From assembly GCA_012841145.1 (NCBI GenBank), contig DUVH01000024.1, positions 4,140-68,139 of the forward strand: a stretch of 64,000 nt of DNA, read 5' to 3'. A program made the translations under genes and the position numbers. The number at the start of each line of letters is the position of its first letter. Position 1 is the stretch's first letter. The DNA comes from Clostridiaceae bacterium. GTDB taxonomy: Bacteria > Bacillota > Clostridia > Saccharofermentanales > DTU023. The notes beneath the pieces were generated by a model that saw only the letters and a list, made by a program, of their open reading frames with translations, did not search any database and was not told the DNA's origin. Positions 19,431-29,534 of this stretch are shown here, one piece after another.

Positions 19431-21148
19431 CCTGTCACGCCCCTTCTGCCCTCACGGATGATGAGAAAAACGAAAAAGGGAGCGCCGATAAATGCGGTCA
19501 AAATCCCGAGCGGAATACCCGACGTCGTTGCGCGCCGCGCAATGTTATCAACGAATAAGAGAAAGCTTGACCCGATGAGCGCCGACGCAGGCAGGGATAC
19601 GCGGTTATCGCTCCCGACGATCATGCGGGAGATATGCGGTACGACCAAACCGATCCAGCCGATGACGCCGCTTACCGACACACATGTAGCGGTGATCAAT
19701 GTCGCCGACACGACCATAATCGTTCTGATCAGGCGCGTGCGCACTCCCATTGTTGATGCGGCTTCTTCGCCGAGCGCAAGCAAGTTGAGTTGCCACCGAA
19801 GCAGAAGGATCATGACAATCCCGAGAAGAATCGGTATGGCGGCAAAGACAAGCGATTTCATTCGAGCGGAATTGAGAGATCCCATGAGCCAGTACGTGAT
19901 GGCGGGCAACTGATCCGTCGGATCAGCTGTGAATTTTATGAGTGACAGCCCTGCGGAAAACAGCGAACTCACGACGATACCTGTCAAGACGAGCGACAAC
20001 AGCCTATTCGCCCTGACAAAAGAGGCAATAAAGAGAACGAGAACAATAGAGAGAAGTCCGAACAAAAACGAAACGATCGTGGTTCCTGTCGATGCGAACC
20101 CCGCTAAAATCGCCAATGCCGCGCCGAAACTCGCCCCTGAAGACGCACCAAGCACATCAGGAGAAACCATGGGGTTCTGGAATACTCCCTGAAATGTATG
20201 CCCCGCGACGGAGAGACCCGAGCCGACAAGAAGCGCCAAGATGATACGCGGAAGTCGCACGTTGACAATGACGGTCGTGACCTCCTCCGCGAACACCGCT
20301 CCTGTCCCCCAAAGCTGACTCCAGAAGTATTGGACGATCGTGACGGGACTGATCCGGTACCAGCCGATGGCAAATGAAACGATGATAAGAACGATAAGAA
20401 TCGCCCCCATCACACCGAATCGAAACGCCAAATGCCTCTTCTGCCTACCTTTAATGAGCTCATCAGGAATCTCTTCCAGCTTTTTTGTGATTGTGCCGTC
20501 ACTTTCGAGCATGATACCTGTCATGGACTCATGTGACAAAATGGCGCGGCGACGCTCATTGAGGATAACCTTTTCGGAATCGACAAGATCGGAATGCGAA
20601 AGCGACTCTTCAAGCGATTGATCGTGTTTCCAGACGATGATTACCGGCGTTTCACGATTCTCAAGTAACTGCATCACGCGGTGAAAAATCTTATCGTCAA
20701 GAAGCTCGACACCTCCAAGCTCATCAAGGACGATGACATCACCCTGCTTTTCAAGCAAGGGAAAGGTTTTGTCGGCAAACTGCTCCACGTCAAAATGACT
20801 GTTCTCTCCCTCGACATGCAGAAAACAATCTTCAGGAAAAGTCTTTCCGTTCTGATGCCTGACAGTTAACAGTCCCGTCTCTCGCTGAATGCCTGCCGGT
20901 ATATGTGAAAACCCTGTTTTCTGCCCTCGCCTTGTCGTGTGACGGATCGTCATATATCCGGCAGGCCTTAACCCCGTATCTTCAAGGTAACGCTGTACAA
21001 AGGTGGACTTCCCGCTCCCGATCACGCCTGTCACGAGCAGATGACCTTTTCTTGAACCGTCCTCATTAAATAATGCTGACTGCGCAAACATCATCGCGCC
21101 GCGTTCGTTTGCGGGGTACATGAATGTTGTATTTCTTAAAGCTGCCAT
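19427..21148 (-). CDS. fusion protein: N-terminal THEP1-like P-loop NTPase plus C-terminal FecCD/BtuC-type permease
   Basis: Residues ~35-200 carry [17 protein letters not shown] and [12 protein letters not shown] (NTPase_1-like layout). Residues ~235-573 are a 9-10 TM FecCD permease ([35 protein letters not shown]). Confidence 0.8.
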   Translation of the reverse strand: MAALRNTTFMYPANERGAMMFAQSALFNEDGSRKGHLLVTGVIGSGKSTFVQRYLEDTGLRPAGYMTIRHTTRRGQKTGFSHIPAGIQRETGLLTVRHQNGKTFPEDCFLHVEGENSHFDVEQFADKTFPLLEKQGDVIVLDELGGVELLDDKIFHRVMQLLENRETPVIIVWKHDQSLEESLSHSDLVDSEKVILNERRRAILSHESMTGIMLESDGTITKKLEEIPDELIKGRQKRHLAFRFGVMGAILIVLIIVSFAIGWYRISPVTIVQYFWSQLWGTGAVFAEEVTTVIVNVRLPRIILALLVGSGLSVAGHTFQGVFQNPMVSPDVLGASSGASFGAALAILAGFASTGTTIVSFLFGLLSIVLVLFIASFVRANRLLSLVLTGIVVSSLFSAGLSLIKFTADPTDQLPAITYWLMGSLNSARMKSLVFAAIPILLGIVMILLLRWQLNLLALGEEAASTMGVRTRLIRTIMVVSATLITATCVSVSGVIGWIGLVVPHISRMIVGSDNRVSLPASALIGSSFLLFVDNIARRATTSGIPLGILTAFIGAPFFVFLIIREGRRGVTG

Positions 21149-21186
21149 AAATGCTCTTCCGATTACTTTCGCCTACAACTTAAAAC

Positions 21187-22287
21187 TTACAAGCACCCCG
21201 GGCGTTTCGGTTCAATCTTTCCGGAGCGTACAGCAATCATCTGTGCGGCGATACTGACGGCGATCTCTTCAGGCGTCTCGCCTCCGATGTTGAGCCCGAT
21301 GGGCGATATCGCCCGGTTCACCGCCTCTTCGGAATGTCCGCGCTCTATAAGCATGGCGTCAACAGTTCGCACCTTATACTTGCTGCCGATCACACCGATA
21401 TAGCGCGCCGGCGTCTTCAACACTTGGTCCTCTACGTCAAGATCATTCTTGTGACCGCGCGTCATGATACATACAAAATCGTCAGGACCGATCGATACTG
21501 ATTTATCGATATGGTCAAGGTCACACATGCGCACATCGTAAGCGCCGGGAAATAAGGCCGGATCGGTGAATTCTTCGCGGTCATCAAGCACGACGACGGC
21601 AAAATGCGTATGCGCGAGCACGGGGACGAGCGCCTGTGCGACGTGTCCGCCTCCAAAAATATAAACGACGCCGGGAACGACGAGTTCCTCGACGTAAAAA
21701 TCGTGATCACACAGATTGACGGCCTGACCGCGTTGGCAAAGCAAACGAGGGTTATCGAGCAAAGCGATCGTACAAGGGTGATTCTCCGGATAACCTTTAA
21801 ACGACCATCCCGCGACGGAAAAATCGGGATTCGCCGGATTCGTCCCCGGCGGCGCCGTAAACAGCGCCAGTCCAAGCTGGTTTTCCTCGCTGATATCGGT
21901 AACCAGCCAGCTCGGACGACGCTTCTTGATTGCTTCGCGCGCCTCTTTCACGATATCAAGCAACTCTTGATCATCACCGGACAAGTAAAGATAATGCACC
22001 GTCGCGCTGCCGCCGCAAATCATTCCGATATCTTCAATCTGATTCTTCGTCAAGACAAACTGGTGAATATTCGAGCGTTTCTCTTCGATTGCCTCTTGAG
22101 CAATGGCAATTGATTGGTATTCAACGGCTCCGCCGCCTACCGTCCCCGCCAACCAGCCTGCTTTTCCGACCAACATGCGTGCGCCCGCGCCTCGCGGTGT
22201 CGCTCCCGAACTCGCCGTGACGGTCGCAAGGACTGTATCCTCACCTCTCTCAAGTGTTTCCTGAAGCACCCTAAGAATTTGATCCAT
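21187..22287 (-). CDS. XdhC/CoxI-family molybdoenzyme maturation accessory protein
   Basis: ORF 21187..22308. Start at MDQILR after AAGGAG. N-terminal XdhC_CoxI-like region (ATVTASSGATPRGAGARMLV) plus a Rossmann-like C-domain (YIFGGGHVAQALV, TRGHKND). Confidence 0.8.
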   Translation of the reverse strand: MDQILRVLQETLERGEDTVLATVTASSGATPRGAGARMLVGKAGWLAGTVGGGAVEYQSIAIAQEAIEEKRSNIHQFVLTKNQIEDIGMICGGSATVHYLYLSGDDQELLDIVKEAREAIKKRRPSWLVTDISEENQLGLALFTAPPGTNPANPDFSVAGWSFKGYPENHPCTIALLDNPRLLCQRGQAVNLCDHDFYVEELVVPGVVYIFGGGHVAQALVPVLAHTHFAVVVLDDREEFTDPALFPGAYDVRMCDLDHIDKSVSIGPDDFVCIMTRGHKNDLDVEDQVLKTPARYIGVIGSKYKVRTVDAMLIERGHSEEAVNRAISPIGLNIGGETPEEIAVSIAAQMIAVRSGKIEPKRPGCL

Positions 22288-22471
22288 AAAAACTCCTTTT
22301 ATACGCAATAGTAATTAAGAAACGCTAAAGAGGTTAAGCCTACGCTCTTTCGTATAAGTAAGAACAAGACCTAAACAATTTATATTACTCATTATACCCA
22401 AATTGTATTTAAAAAACACTTGCTTCGCGGATTTTTTCACAAATATTTTGCATGAAGAATCTTTTCTCCAG

Positions 22472-23443
22472 TTAGGTCGATTGACCTTCGGTGTAGAGCA
22501 TGGCAGCGCCGATTACTCCGGCGTCATTTCCAAGATTGCTTCGCTCAATCGGCGGTGGCGGGAGAACATCACCGCTTACCGTCGTCTGAGCGACGCGCGC
22601 ACGCAGAGGTTCTAGGAGAACGTCGCCCGCATGGCTTATCCCGCCGCCGAGTAAAATCATATGCGGCCGATAGAGAACGACAAGATTGCGAATACCGATC
22701 GCAAGATAATGAACGAAGCGATCCAAAATCATTGTCGCGACTACGTCGCCTTCTGAAGCCGCTTCAAAAATGTAACGCGCATTGAAAGACGCTCCGTCAA
22801 AAGACACGCGATCTCGCAATACGGTGTCGTCATCACCCGAGAGCGCCTCACATGTCATGCGTTTCAGTCCTCGGATCGATGCGTAAACTTCAAGGCAATC
22901 CCATTGTCCGCAACTACACGCGATGCGATCTCCCGTCTCAATCGCCATGTGCCCCGGCTCAATTCCAAAACCCGTCGCGCCTCGGAAGATTTTGTTTTCA
23001 AAGACGAAACCGCCTCCGATACCGGTGCCGAGCGTCAACATCAACACGCTTTTGTAGTTATGCGCGGCGCCCGCGAGATACTCGCCGAATACAGCACAAT
23101 CGGCATCGTTAGCGATGAACACCGGCACATCGGGGAAACGCTCCCGCAAAAGCGCGGGAAAGTCGACATGCTTGAGAAAAAGGTTCGTCGCATGCAGGAG
23201 CATACCCGTCTCAGGATCGACAACGCCCGGCACACCGATACCGATAGAAAGCAGATCGGTAACGGAAAGTTCCTGACGCGTTAATAATGTATCGATAGTG
23301 TCCGCCATCGTGTCGACCAAGGATTCGGCCGACCGAGGCGCCCTCGTTTTCACGCGTTTGCGATCCACGATTTTTCGAGAATCATCAACGATTCCCACAA
23401 CAATGTTTGTGCCCCCGAGATCGATTCCAATTGAGTACGCCAT
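22472..23443 (-). CDS. ROK-family sugar kinase (glucokinase-like)
   Basis: ORF 22472..23569. Start at MAYSIGIDLGGTN. Zinc motif CSCGQWDCLEVYAS, plus GTGIGGG. Confidence 0.85.
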   Translation of the reverse strand: MAYSIGIDLGGTNIVVGIVDDSRKIVDRKRVKTRAPRSAESLVDTMADTIDTLLTRQELSVTDLLSIGIGVPGVVDPETGMLLHATNLFLKHVDFPALLRERFPDVPVFIANDADCAVFGEYLAGAAHNYKSVLMLTLGTGIGGGFVFENKIFRGATGFGIEPGHMAIETGDRIACSCGQWDCLEVYASIRGLKRMTCEALSGDDDTVLRDRVSFDGASFNARYIFEAASEGDVVATMILDRFVHYLAIGIRNLVVLYRPHMILLGGGISHAGDVLLEPLRARVAQTTVSGDVLPPPPIERSNLGNDAGVIGAAMLYTEGQST

Positions 23444-23701
23444 AACATTACCGCCTTCTGCAACTGTTATATACAGATGATTATACAAGAGAAAATCGAA
23501 CGCCGTGACATAAAAACATACGGTCATGAACAATGTCCAATCGGTAATACACATGGCATATGCCGTCAATGGATTTCATGCCAATGTACGCAACGGATAA
23601 ACTGATTCGATACATGGCACAGGGTAGTTGGAGAAGACTTTTCACTCAGGTACAATGTAAACGGTAGGCATCAATCGCTATCTTTGAGGGGAAGGTTCAT
23701 C

Positions 23702-25726
23702 ATGAAAAATGCCGATATTGAGAAATGTATGACGGTCAGACTTGACGGCCCGTTACCTCCTGCTCCGACGTTTGTCGAAGGTATCCGCCGGGCACCTCGT
23801 CGCGAAGCGAACTTATCGAAAAGCGAGCGTGCGACGGCGTTAAAGAATGCGTTGCGTTATATTCCCGAAGAATACCACGAACAACTCGCGCCGGAGTTTC
23901 TTCGCGAGCTCGACGAACACGGAAAAATTTACGGGTATCGCTACCGCCCGGAAGGTCGCATCTTCGGGAAACCGATCGACGAATACGAGGGGCGGTGCAT
24001 CGAGGGGAAAGCGTTTCAGGTCATGATCGACAACAACCTCGATTTTGAGGTCGCGCTCTACCCTTATGAGCTCATTACATACGGTGAAACAGGAGCCGTC
24101 TGTCAGAACTGGATGCAGTATCGTCTGATCAAGAAATATCTGGAGCGCCTGACCGAGACACAGACGCTCGTCTTATTCTCGGGACATCCTGTCGGACTAT
24201 TCCACAGCCCCGTTTCCGCACCGCGCGTTATACTGACGAACGGCCTCATGATCGGCCAGTACGACAATTTGACCGATTACAATCGCGCCGCGGCGATGGG
24301 TGTCTCGAGCTATGGCCAGATGACTGCCGGCGGCTGGATGTACATCGGGCCGCAGGGTATCGTCCACGGTACGTACAACACACTTCTCAATGCAGGCAGA
24401 CAGCATCTCGGCATTCCGAACGAGGGAAACCTCGCAGGCCATCTCTTTGTCAGTTCCGGGCTGGGCGGGATGTCGGGCGCCCAAGGAAAGGCTTGCAACA
24501 TTGCCGGCGGTGTTTCCGTCATCGCTGAAGTCGATGTGTCGCGCATCGCGACGCGCCATGATCAAGGGTGGGTTGATCGTGTCGTCAATACGTGCGAGGA
24601 AGCTTTTTGTATTGCACGAGAAGCCATGTCAGAGAAAGTCCCGCTAGCCATTGCCTATCACGGCAACATCGTCGATTTGCTCGAATATGCGATCAATCAT
24701 GATATCCATATTGAACTTCTGTCCGACCAGACATCTTGCCACGAAGCATACACAGGCGGCTACTGTCCGCAAGGGCTGACATTTGAAGAGCGCACGGTAA
24801 TGCTGGATCGCGATCCCGAACACTTCCGCGTCCTCGTGAATAAATCGCTCGTGAAACACTTCCAAGCGATCAAAGAATTGACGGCGAGGGGTACGTACTT
24901 TTTCGATTACGGAAACTCTTTCATGAAAGCTATTTTCGATGCAGGCGTCAATGAGATCTCGCGAAACGGCGAAAATGACCGTGACGGTTTTATCTGGCCT
25001 TCGTACGTGGAAGATATCATGGGCCCTCTTCTCTTCGATTACGGCTACGGACCTTTCCGTTGGGTCTGTCTATCCGGTAAGGATGAGGATCTGCGCGCGA
25101 CCGATAAGGCGGCAATGTCCTGCATTGATCCTGAGCGCCGATATCAGGACCGCGACAATTACAACTGGATCCGCGACGCCGAGAAAAATAACCTTGTTGT
25201 CGGAACGAAGGCACGCATTCTGTACAGCGATGCCTTCGGACGTATGTCGATCGCGCTCAAAATGAACGAACTTGTCCGTCAAGGCGCCATAGGCCCTGTC
25301 ATGATCGGACGCGACCACCATGACACGGGCGGAACGGACTCGCCATTCCGAGAGACGTCGAACATTCGCGACGGCAGTAACGTAACAGCAGACATGGCGA
25401 CCTCCGTCTTTGCCGGCAATGCGGCTCGCGGGATGAGCCTCTGTGCCCTTCACAACGGAGGAGGCGTAGGCATCGGCAAGGCGATCAATGGCGGCTTCGG
25501 GTGCGTCCTCGACGGTTCGGAGCGAATGGATGACGTCATCCGCAATGCCGTCCTTTGGGATGTCATGGCGGGCGTCGCGAGACGTTCGTGGGCGCGCAAC
25601 GAACACGCGATCGAGACGGCGATGGAGTATAACCGCGTGATGGAAAACTCCGACGCCCTGACGCTCCCCTATATCGCCGACGACGACCTGATCGAGCGCG
25701 TTTTGCACGGAGAAAAGAGTTCGTAA
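23702..25726 (+). CDS. hutU: urocanate hydratase (long ~675-aa form)
   Basis: ORF 23684..25726. Start at MKNADIEK. Urocanase motifs include YGETGAV, GLGGMSGAQ, GRDHHDTGG and LHNGGGVGIG. Confidence 0.9.
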   Translation: MKNADIEKCMTVRLDGPLPPAPTFVEGIRRAPRREANLSKSERATALKNALRYIPEEYHEQLAPEFLRELDEHGKIYGYRYRPEGRIFGKPIDEYEGRCIEGKAFQVMIDNNLDFEVALYPYELITYGETGAVCQNWMQYRLIKKYLERLTETQTLVLFSGHPVGLFHSPVSAPRVILTNGLMIGQYDNLTDYNRAAAMGVSSYGQMTAGGWMYIGPQGIVHGTYNTLLNAGRQHLGIPNEGNLAGHLFVSSGLGGMSGAQGKACNIAGGVSVIAEVDVSRIATRHDQGWVDRVVNTCEEAFCIAREAMSEKVPLAIAYHGNIVDLLEYAINHDIHIELLSDQTSCHEAYTGGYCPQGLTFEERTVMLDRDPEHFRVLVNKSLVKHFQAIKELTARGTYFFDYGNSFMKAIFDAGVNEISRNGENDRDGFIWPSYVEDIMGPLLFDYGYGPFRWVCLSGKDEDLRATDKAAMSCIDPERRYQDRDNYNWIRDAEKNNLVVGTKARILYSDAFGRMSIALKMNELVRQGAIGPVMIGRDHHDTGGTDSPFRETSNIRDGSNVTADMATSVFAGNAARGMSLCALHNGGGVGIGKAINGGFGCVLDGSERMDDVIRNAVLWDVMAGVARRSWARNEHAIETAMEYNRVMENSDALTLPYIADDDLIERVLHGEKSS

Positions 25727-25831
25727 CGGGCCTCCGCCACTATGACACCCTGAGCGGGCGCGTGTTGCAAGGAGAAAAGAGTTCATAGCGGGCTCCCTCT
25801 TCGCCACGATGACACTCTGAGCGGGCGCGTG
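25703..25831 (+). repeat. tandem duplication (62 nt + 67 nt) of the hutU 3' end and downstream flank
   Basis: Unit 1 is TTGCACGGAGAAAAGAGTTCGTAA...TGACACCCTGAGCGGGCGCGTG. Unit 2 is TTGCAAGGAGAAAAGAGTTCATAG...TGACACTCTGAGCGGGCGCGTG. Confidence 0.85.
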
Positions 25832-25940
25832 TTCCTGAGAGCAAGTCGAGCGATTCTCTCAACGACTAAAGAACAAAGAGACCATTAATCCGGAAACTCT
25901 ACCGAACCTTACAAGAAAAAGAAACGAAAGGAAATTCCAC

Positions 25941-26846
25941 ATGACACAAGCGAGACAGATCGTTGAATGCGTCCCCAATTTTAGCGAAGGCCGCGACAAA
26001 GAGAAGATTGAGCGCATCGTCGCCCCGCTCAAAGGGCGTCAAGGTGTCCGCCTCGTCAACTACGAAGGCGACGCCGACTACAACCGTCTCGTCGTTACCG
26101 TGCTGGGAGAACCGACGGCCGTCAAAGAAGCCGTCCTCGACACTATCGGTGTCGCGACGGAGCTGATCGACCTCAACGTCCACGAAGGCGAGCACTCGCG
26201 CATGGGCGCAACCGATGTTGTCCCGTTTATCCCGATTCGCAACATGACGATGGAAGAAGCCGTCGAGCTGTCAAAAGAGACGGCTAAGGCTATCTACGAG
26301 CGCTATGACATTCCCGTCTTCCTCTATGAAAACTCCGCGACATCGCCCGACAGAGTCAACCTTGCGCGCATCCGCAAAGGACAGTTCGAGGGCATGAAGG
26401 AAAAAATTATGCAGCCTGAGTGGGGTCCCGACTACGGAGAGCGAAAAATCCATCCGACCGCCGGCGTCACTGCCGTCTGCGCACGTTTTCCTCTCGTCGC
26501 ATATAATATCGATCTTGACACCGACAACATCGACATCGCAAACAAGATCGCGCGCGCCATTCGACAATCGGGAGGCGGATTCCAACACATCAAGGCGGGA
26601 GGCGTCGAGCTGAAAGAAAAAGGTATCGTGCAAGTCACGATGAACATCACCGACTACCGCAAGAACCCGATTTACCGCGTCTTTGAAACGGTCAAAATGG
26701 AAGCGGCACGCTACGGCGTCTCCGTCATCGGGAGCGAAATCGTCGGTCTTGCGCCGATGGCCGCTCTGACCGAGTCGCTCGAATACTACATCGGCCTGCA
26801 CGATTTCAGCGAAGAGAAAATCATCGAACATTGGCTGCTCGGATGA
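25941..26846 (+). CDS. ftcD: glutamate formimidoyltransferase (FtcD N-terminal type)
   Basis: Hallmark N-terminus VECVPNFSEGRD. 301 aa, with no cyclodeaminase domain. Confidence 0.9.
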   Translation: MTQARQIVECVPNFSEGRDKEKIERIVAPLKGRQGVRLVNYEGDADYNRLVVTVLGEPTAVKEAVLDTIGVATELIDLNVHEGEHSRMGATDVVPFIPIRNMTMEEAVELSKETAKAIYERYDIPVFLYENSATSPDRVNLARIRKGQFEGMKEKIMQPEWGPDYGERKIHPTAGVTAVCARFPLVAYNIDLDTDNIDIANKIARAIRQSGGGFQHIKAGGVELKEKGIVQVTMNITDYRKNPIYRVFETVKMEAARYGVSVIGSEIVGLAPMAALTESLEYYIGLHDFSEEKIIEHWLLG

Positions 26847-26951
26847 CAACGGCCGAGCGTTGTGTGAACAGAGTGTGGGTGAAGACGCCGCAGCCATCTT
26901 CGATCAAGCGAGGCGAAGCACGGCCACAGTCAACACGATAGAGAGACGACC

Positions 26952-28277
26952 ATGGACTTTTTAGTGATTGAAAATGCGGCGGAACTTGTCACGCCGATCG
27001 GCCGATCGGCGCTTTTCGGACGTGATATGGCAAAACTTCACGTCATTAAAGACGGCGCAGTCCTCTGTCGACATGACGAGATCCTCGCCGTTGGCACGAC
27101 TTCCGATATTGAGAAAACGCTCATAGAACACATGTGCGACCCTTGGTCGATTATTCGTAGCCAAGGTCAATTTGAGAAAACGCCCACAGATTATAAATAT
27201 GAAGATATCACTGTAGAGCGTATCGACGCCTCCGGAAAAACTGTTCTCCCCGGTTACGTCGACCCGCACACACACTTTATCTTCGGCGGATATCGCCAAG
27301 ACGAGTTTCAGATGAGACTGCAGGGCGCGACGTACATGGAAATCATGGAGGCGGGAGGCGGCATCGCGTCGACCAATAAGGCGACACGCGAGGCGACGGT
27401 AGAACAGCTTTACGAAGCCGGTTTCCGACGTTTAGACCGTATGCTCGACCTCGGCATCACCACTGTCGAGGGAAAGACGGGTTATGGCGAAGACACGGAG
27501 ACGGAAGACAAGATGTTGACCGTTATGGAACGCCTCGACCGCGATCACCCTGTAGACATCGTTCGAACTTACATGGGAGCGCACTCCGTCCCGCCCGCTT
27601 ACAAGGGACGGACCGGCGACTACGTTGACTACCTGATTGCTGAGGGATTACCCATGGCGAAGGGGCGAGCCGATTTTTGTGACGTGTTCACGGAAAAAGG
27701 CGTCTTCGAGCTTGATGATTCAGAGCGACTGCTCGTTGCCGCACGCGAGTACGGTTTCAAACTCAAGATGCATGCCGATGAGATCGTGCCTCTCGGAGGC
27801 GCCGGACTCGCCGCCAAACTCCGCGCCACGAGCGCCGATCATCTTCTCAAGGCATCAGATGAGGATCTTCTCGCCATGCGTGATGCCGGCGTCGTGGCAA
27901 CGCTTCTCCCCTGCACGGCGTTCAGCCTCCGCGAACCTTACGCGCGAGGGCGTTTTATGATCGACAACGGTTTAGCCGTTGCACTCGGAACGGACCTCAA
28001 TCCTGGAAGCTGCTACACGCAATCGATCCCCCTGATGACGGCGCTAGCTACAATCTACATGGAGATGACGATCGAAGAGACGATTACGGCTCTGACATTA
28101 AACGCCGCCGCCGCCATCGATCGTGCCGAAACGGTCGGCTCGCTCGAGCCGGGGAAGAAAGCTGACATTATCGTCCTCGATTGCCCCGATCATCGACACC
28201 TCTCTTATCATTTCGCGATGAACCTCGTCGAAACCGTCGTCAAGAACGGTGTAATGGTCAGAAAACCTACAAACTGA
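26952..28277 (+). CDS. hutI: imidazolonepropionase
   Basis: Amidohydrolase motifs DPHTHFIFGG, KMHADE and GTDLNPGS, in a hut gene context. Confidence 0.9.
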   Translation: MDFLVIENAAELVTPIGRSALFGRDMAKLHVIKDGAVLCRHDEILAVGTTSDIEKTLIEHMCDPWSIIRSQGQFEKTPTDYKYEDITVERIDASGKTVLPGYVDPHTHFIFGGYRQDEFQMRLQGATYMEIMEAGGGIASTNKATREATVEQLYEAGFRRLDRMLDLGITTVEGKTGYGEDTETEDKMLTVMERLDRDHPVDIVRTYMGAHSVPPAYKGRTGDYVDYLIAEGLPMAKGRADFCDVFTEKGVFELDDSERLLVAAREYGFKLKMHADEIVPLGGAGLAAKLRATSADHLLKASDEDLLAMRDAGVVATLLPCTAFSLREPYARGRFMIDNGLAVALGTDLNPGSCYTQSIPLMTALATIYMEMTIEETITALTLNAAAAIDRAETVGSLEPGKKADIIVLDCPDHRHLSYHFAMNLVETVVKNGVMVRKPTN

Positions 28278-28341
28278 ATACTGCGAGAAACAACTTGATT
28301 TATAATGTTATCAACGATCAACATAGCGAGGAGTGAATGCC

Positions 28342-28953
28342 ATGATTCAAGTCAATGCCATCGGTGACGCCTGTCCGTTGCCCGTCATTAAAGTCAAAAA
28401 AGCGCTTGAGCAGATGTCATCCGGCGAACTCGAGGTACTTGTCGACAACGACGTCGCCGTACAGAACATCGAGCGGTTCGCCAAGTCGAGAGAGTGCGCC
28501 TTTAGTTATGAGAAGGGAGACGGTATATTTACGATCCGGATCGTCAAGTCAGCCGATGATATCTCCGAAGACTCAACTGAACAGGTAGAAGACGTTCGGG
28601 AGCACACACCTCGCTCCGTCAAGCGCGTTGTTGCCATAGCCTCGAATACTATGGGGCGCGGAGACGATGTGCTAGGCGACATCCTGATAAAAAGTTTCTT
28701 CTTTACGCTGACACAGCTCGACGAATTGCCTCATACCGTTCTGCTTTACAATTCGGGCGCAAAACTGTCAATTCACGGAAGTCCCGTCCTGAAAGATATC
28801 GTCGCACTACATCAAGCCGGCGTCAGGATTATGACTTGTGGTACGTGCCTGAACCATTTCGGCATCGCCGATCAACTCGCCATTGGCGATATTACCAACA
28901 TGTATGATATCGTCGATGAGCTTCGGACGGCTACGCACATCATTAGGCCTTAG
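28342..28953 (+). CDS. yedF: YedF-type sulfurtransferase-like selenium metabolism protein (TusA/SirA domain plus DsrE-like domain)
   Basis: ORF from GTG 28333. ATG 28342 lies 8 nt after GAGGAG. GDACPLPV is the CPxP motif; the C-terminal half carries CGTCLNHFG and ITNMYDIV. Confidence 0.8.
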   Translation: MIQVNAIGDACPLPVIKVKKALEQMSSGELEVLVDNDVAVQNIERFAKSRECAFSYEKGDGIFTIRIVKSADDISEDSTEQVEDVREHTPRSVKRVVAIASNTMGRGDDVLGDILIKSFFFTLTQLDELPHTVLLYNSGAKLSIHGSPVLKDIVALHQAGVRIMTCGTCLNHFGIADQLAIGDITNMYDIVDELRTATHIIRP

Positions 28954-29173
28954 CTCGATGAACTTCAGACAGCAACGCACATCATCAGGCCTTAGCTCGA
29001 TGAGCTTCAGACAGCAACGCACATCATTAGGCCTCAGCTCAATGAGCTTCAGACAGCTACGCAAATCATCAGGCCTCAGCTCAATGAGCTTCAGACAGCT
29101 ACGCACATCATCAGGCCTTAGCTCGATGAGCTTCAGACAGCGACGCACATCATTAGGCCATAGCTCGATGAGC
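28912..29173 (+). repeat. 42-bp tandem repeat, 6 full units plus a 10-nt partial unit, seeded by the last 14 codons of yedF
   Basis: Units start at 28912, 28954, 28996, 29038, 29080 and 29122, with a partial unit at 29164. Consensus is CTCGATGAGCTTCAGACAGCAACGCACATCATTAGGCCTTAG. The last triplet of the unit is TAG in units 1, 2, 5 and 6 and CAG in units 3 and 4. Confidence 0.95.
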
Positions 29174-29184
29174 ACACAGCGGCA

Positions 29185-29430
29185 GTGCATATGAGAGAAC
29201 GAGCGCCAAAACTCGTCATCACGTTCAGGTCGACAACCGACGCCATGATGATGGAGAAAACATGCCCTGCGGGAAACGGCAGACTCATTCCGGTTCCGCG
29301 CGAAATCAGCCGGGGGTGCGGCTTGGCATGGGCGGCAGAACCTGACCGTGAGGCGTTTCTTCTCCAAATCATGCGCGACAACGAAATCCCCTGGCTCGAG
29401 AAGAAAATCATTGAGTTTTATAATTTTTGA
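29185..29430 (+). CDS. DUF3343-family putative Se/S carrier protein
   Basis: LVITFRSTTDAMMMEK...LIPVPREISRGCGLAW matches the DUF3343 layout and the usual yedF neighbourhood. The start (29185 or 29191) is uncertain and no strong SD is present. Confidence 0.65.
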   Translation: MHMRERAPKLVITFRSTTDAMMMEKTCPAGNGRLIPVPREISRGCGLAWAAEPDREAFLLQIMRDNEIPWLEKKIIEFYNF

Positions 29431-29534
29431 CTCGTTTCAAAATTGAGCAATAAGCGCTATCACTATGCAAGCCGTTCTCTTCCGACGTGTTGTATGCCGG
29501 TAATGGAAAGTGCTGAACTAGTACCTTTGCAAAA

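Noticed and set aside
28951-29163. Possible amber (TAG) recoding or pyrrolysine readthrough linking yedF to the DUF3343 ORF.
   Set aside because: TAG is used as an ordinary stop elsewhere in the window, for example in the HerA-like gene at 933-935 and the ORF ending at 38795-38797. No pyl genes are visible. It is kept only as a mutational-fusion possibility in the findings.
28807-29367. A 186-aa minus-strand ORF and a 103-aa plus-strand ORF (28883..29194) with repetitive sequence (LIELRPDDVRSCLK...).
   Set aside because: Both are read-throughs of the 42-bp tandem repeat, whose unit length is a multiple of 3 and so keeps frames open. They have no SD and overlap yedF and the DUF3343 gene.
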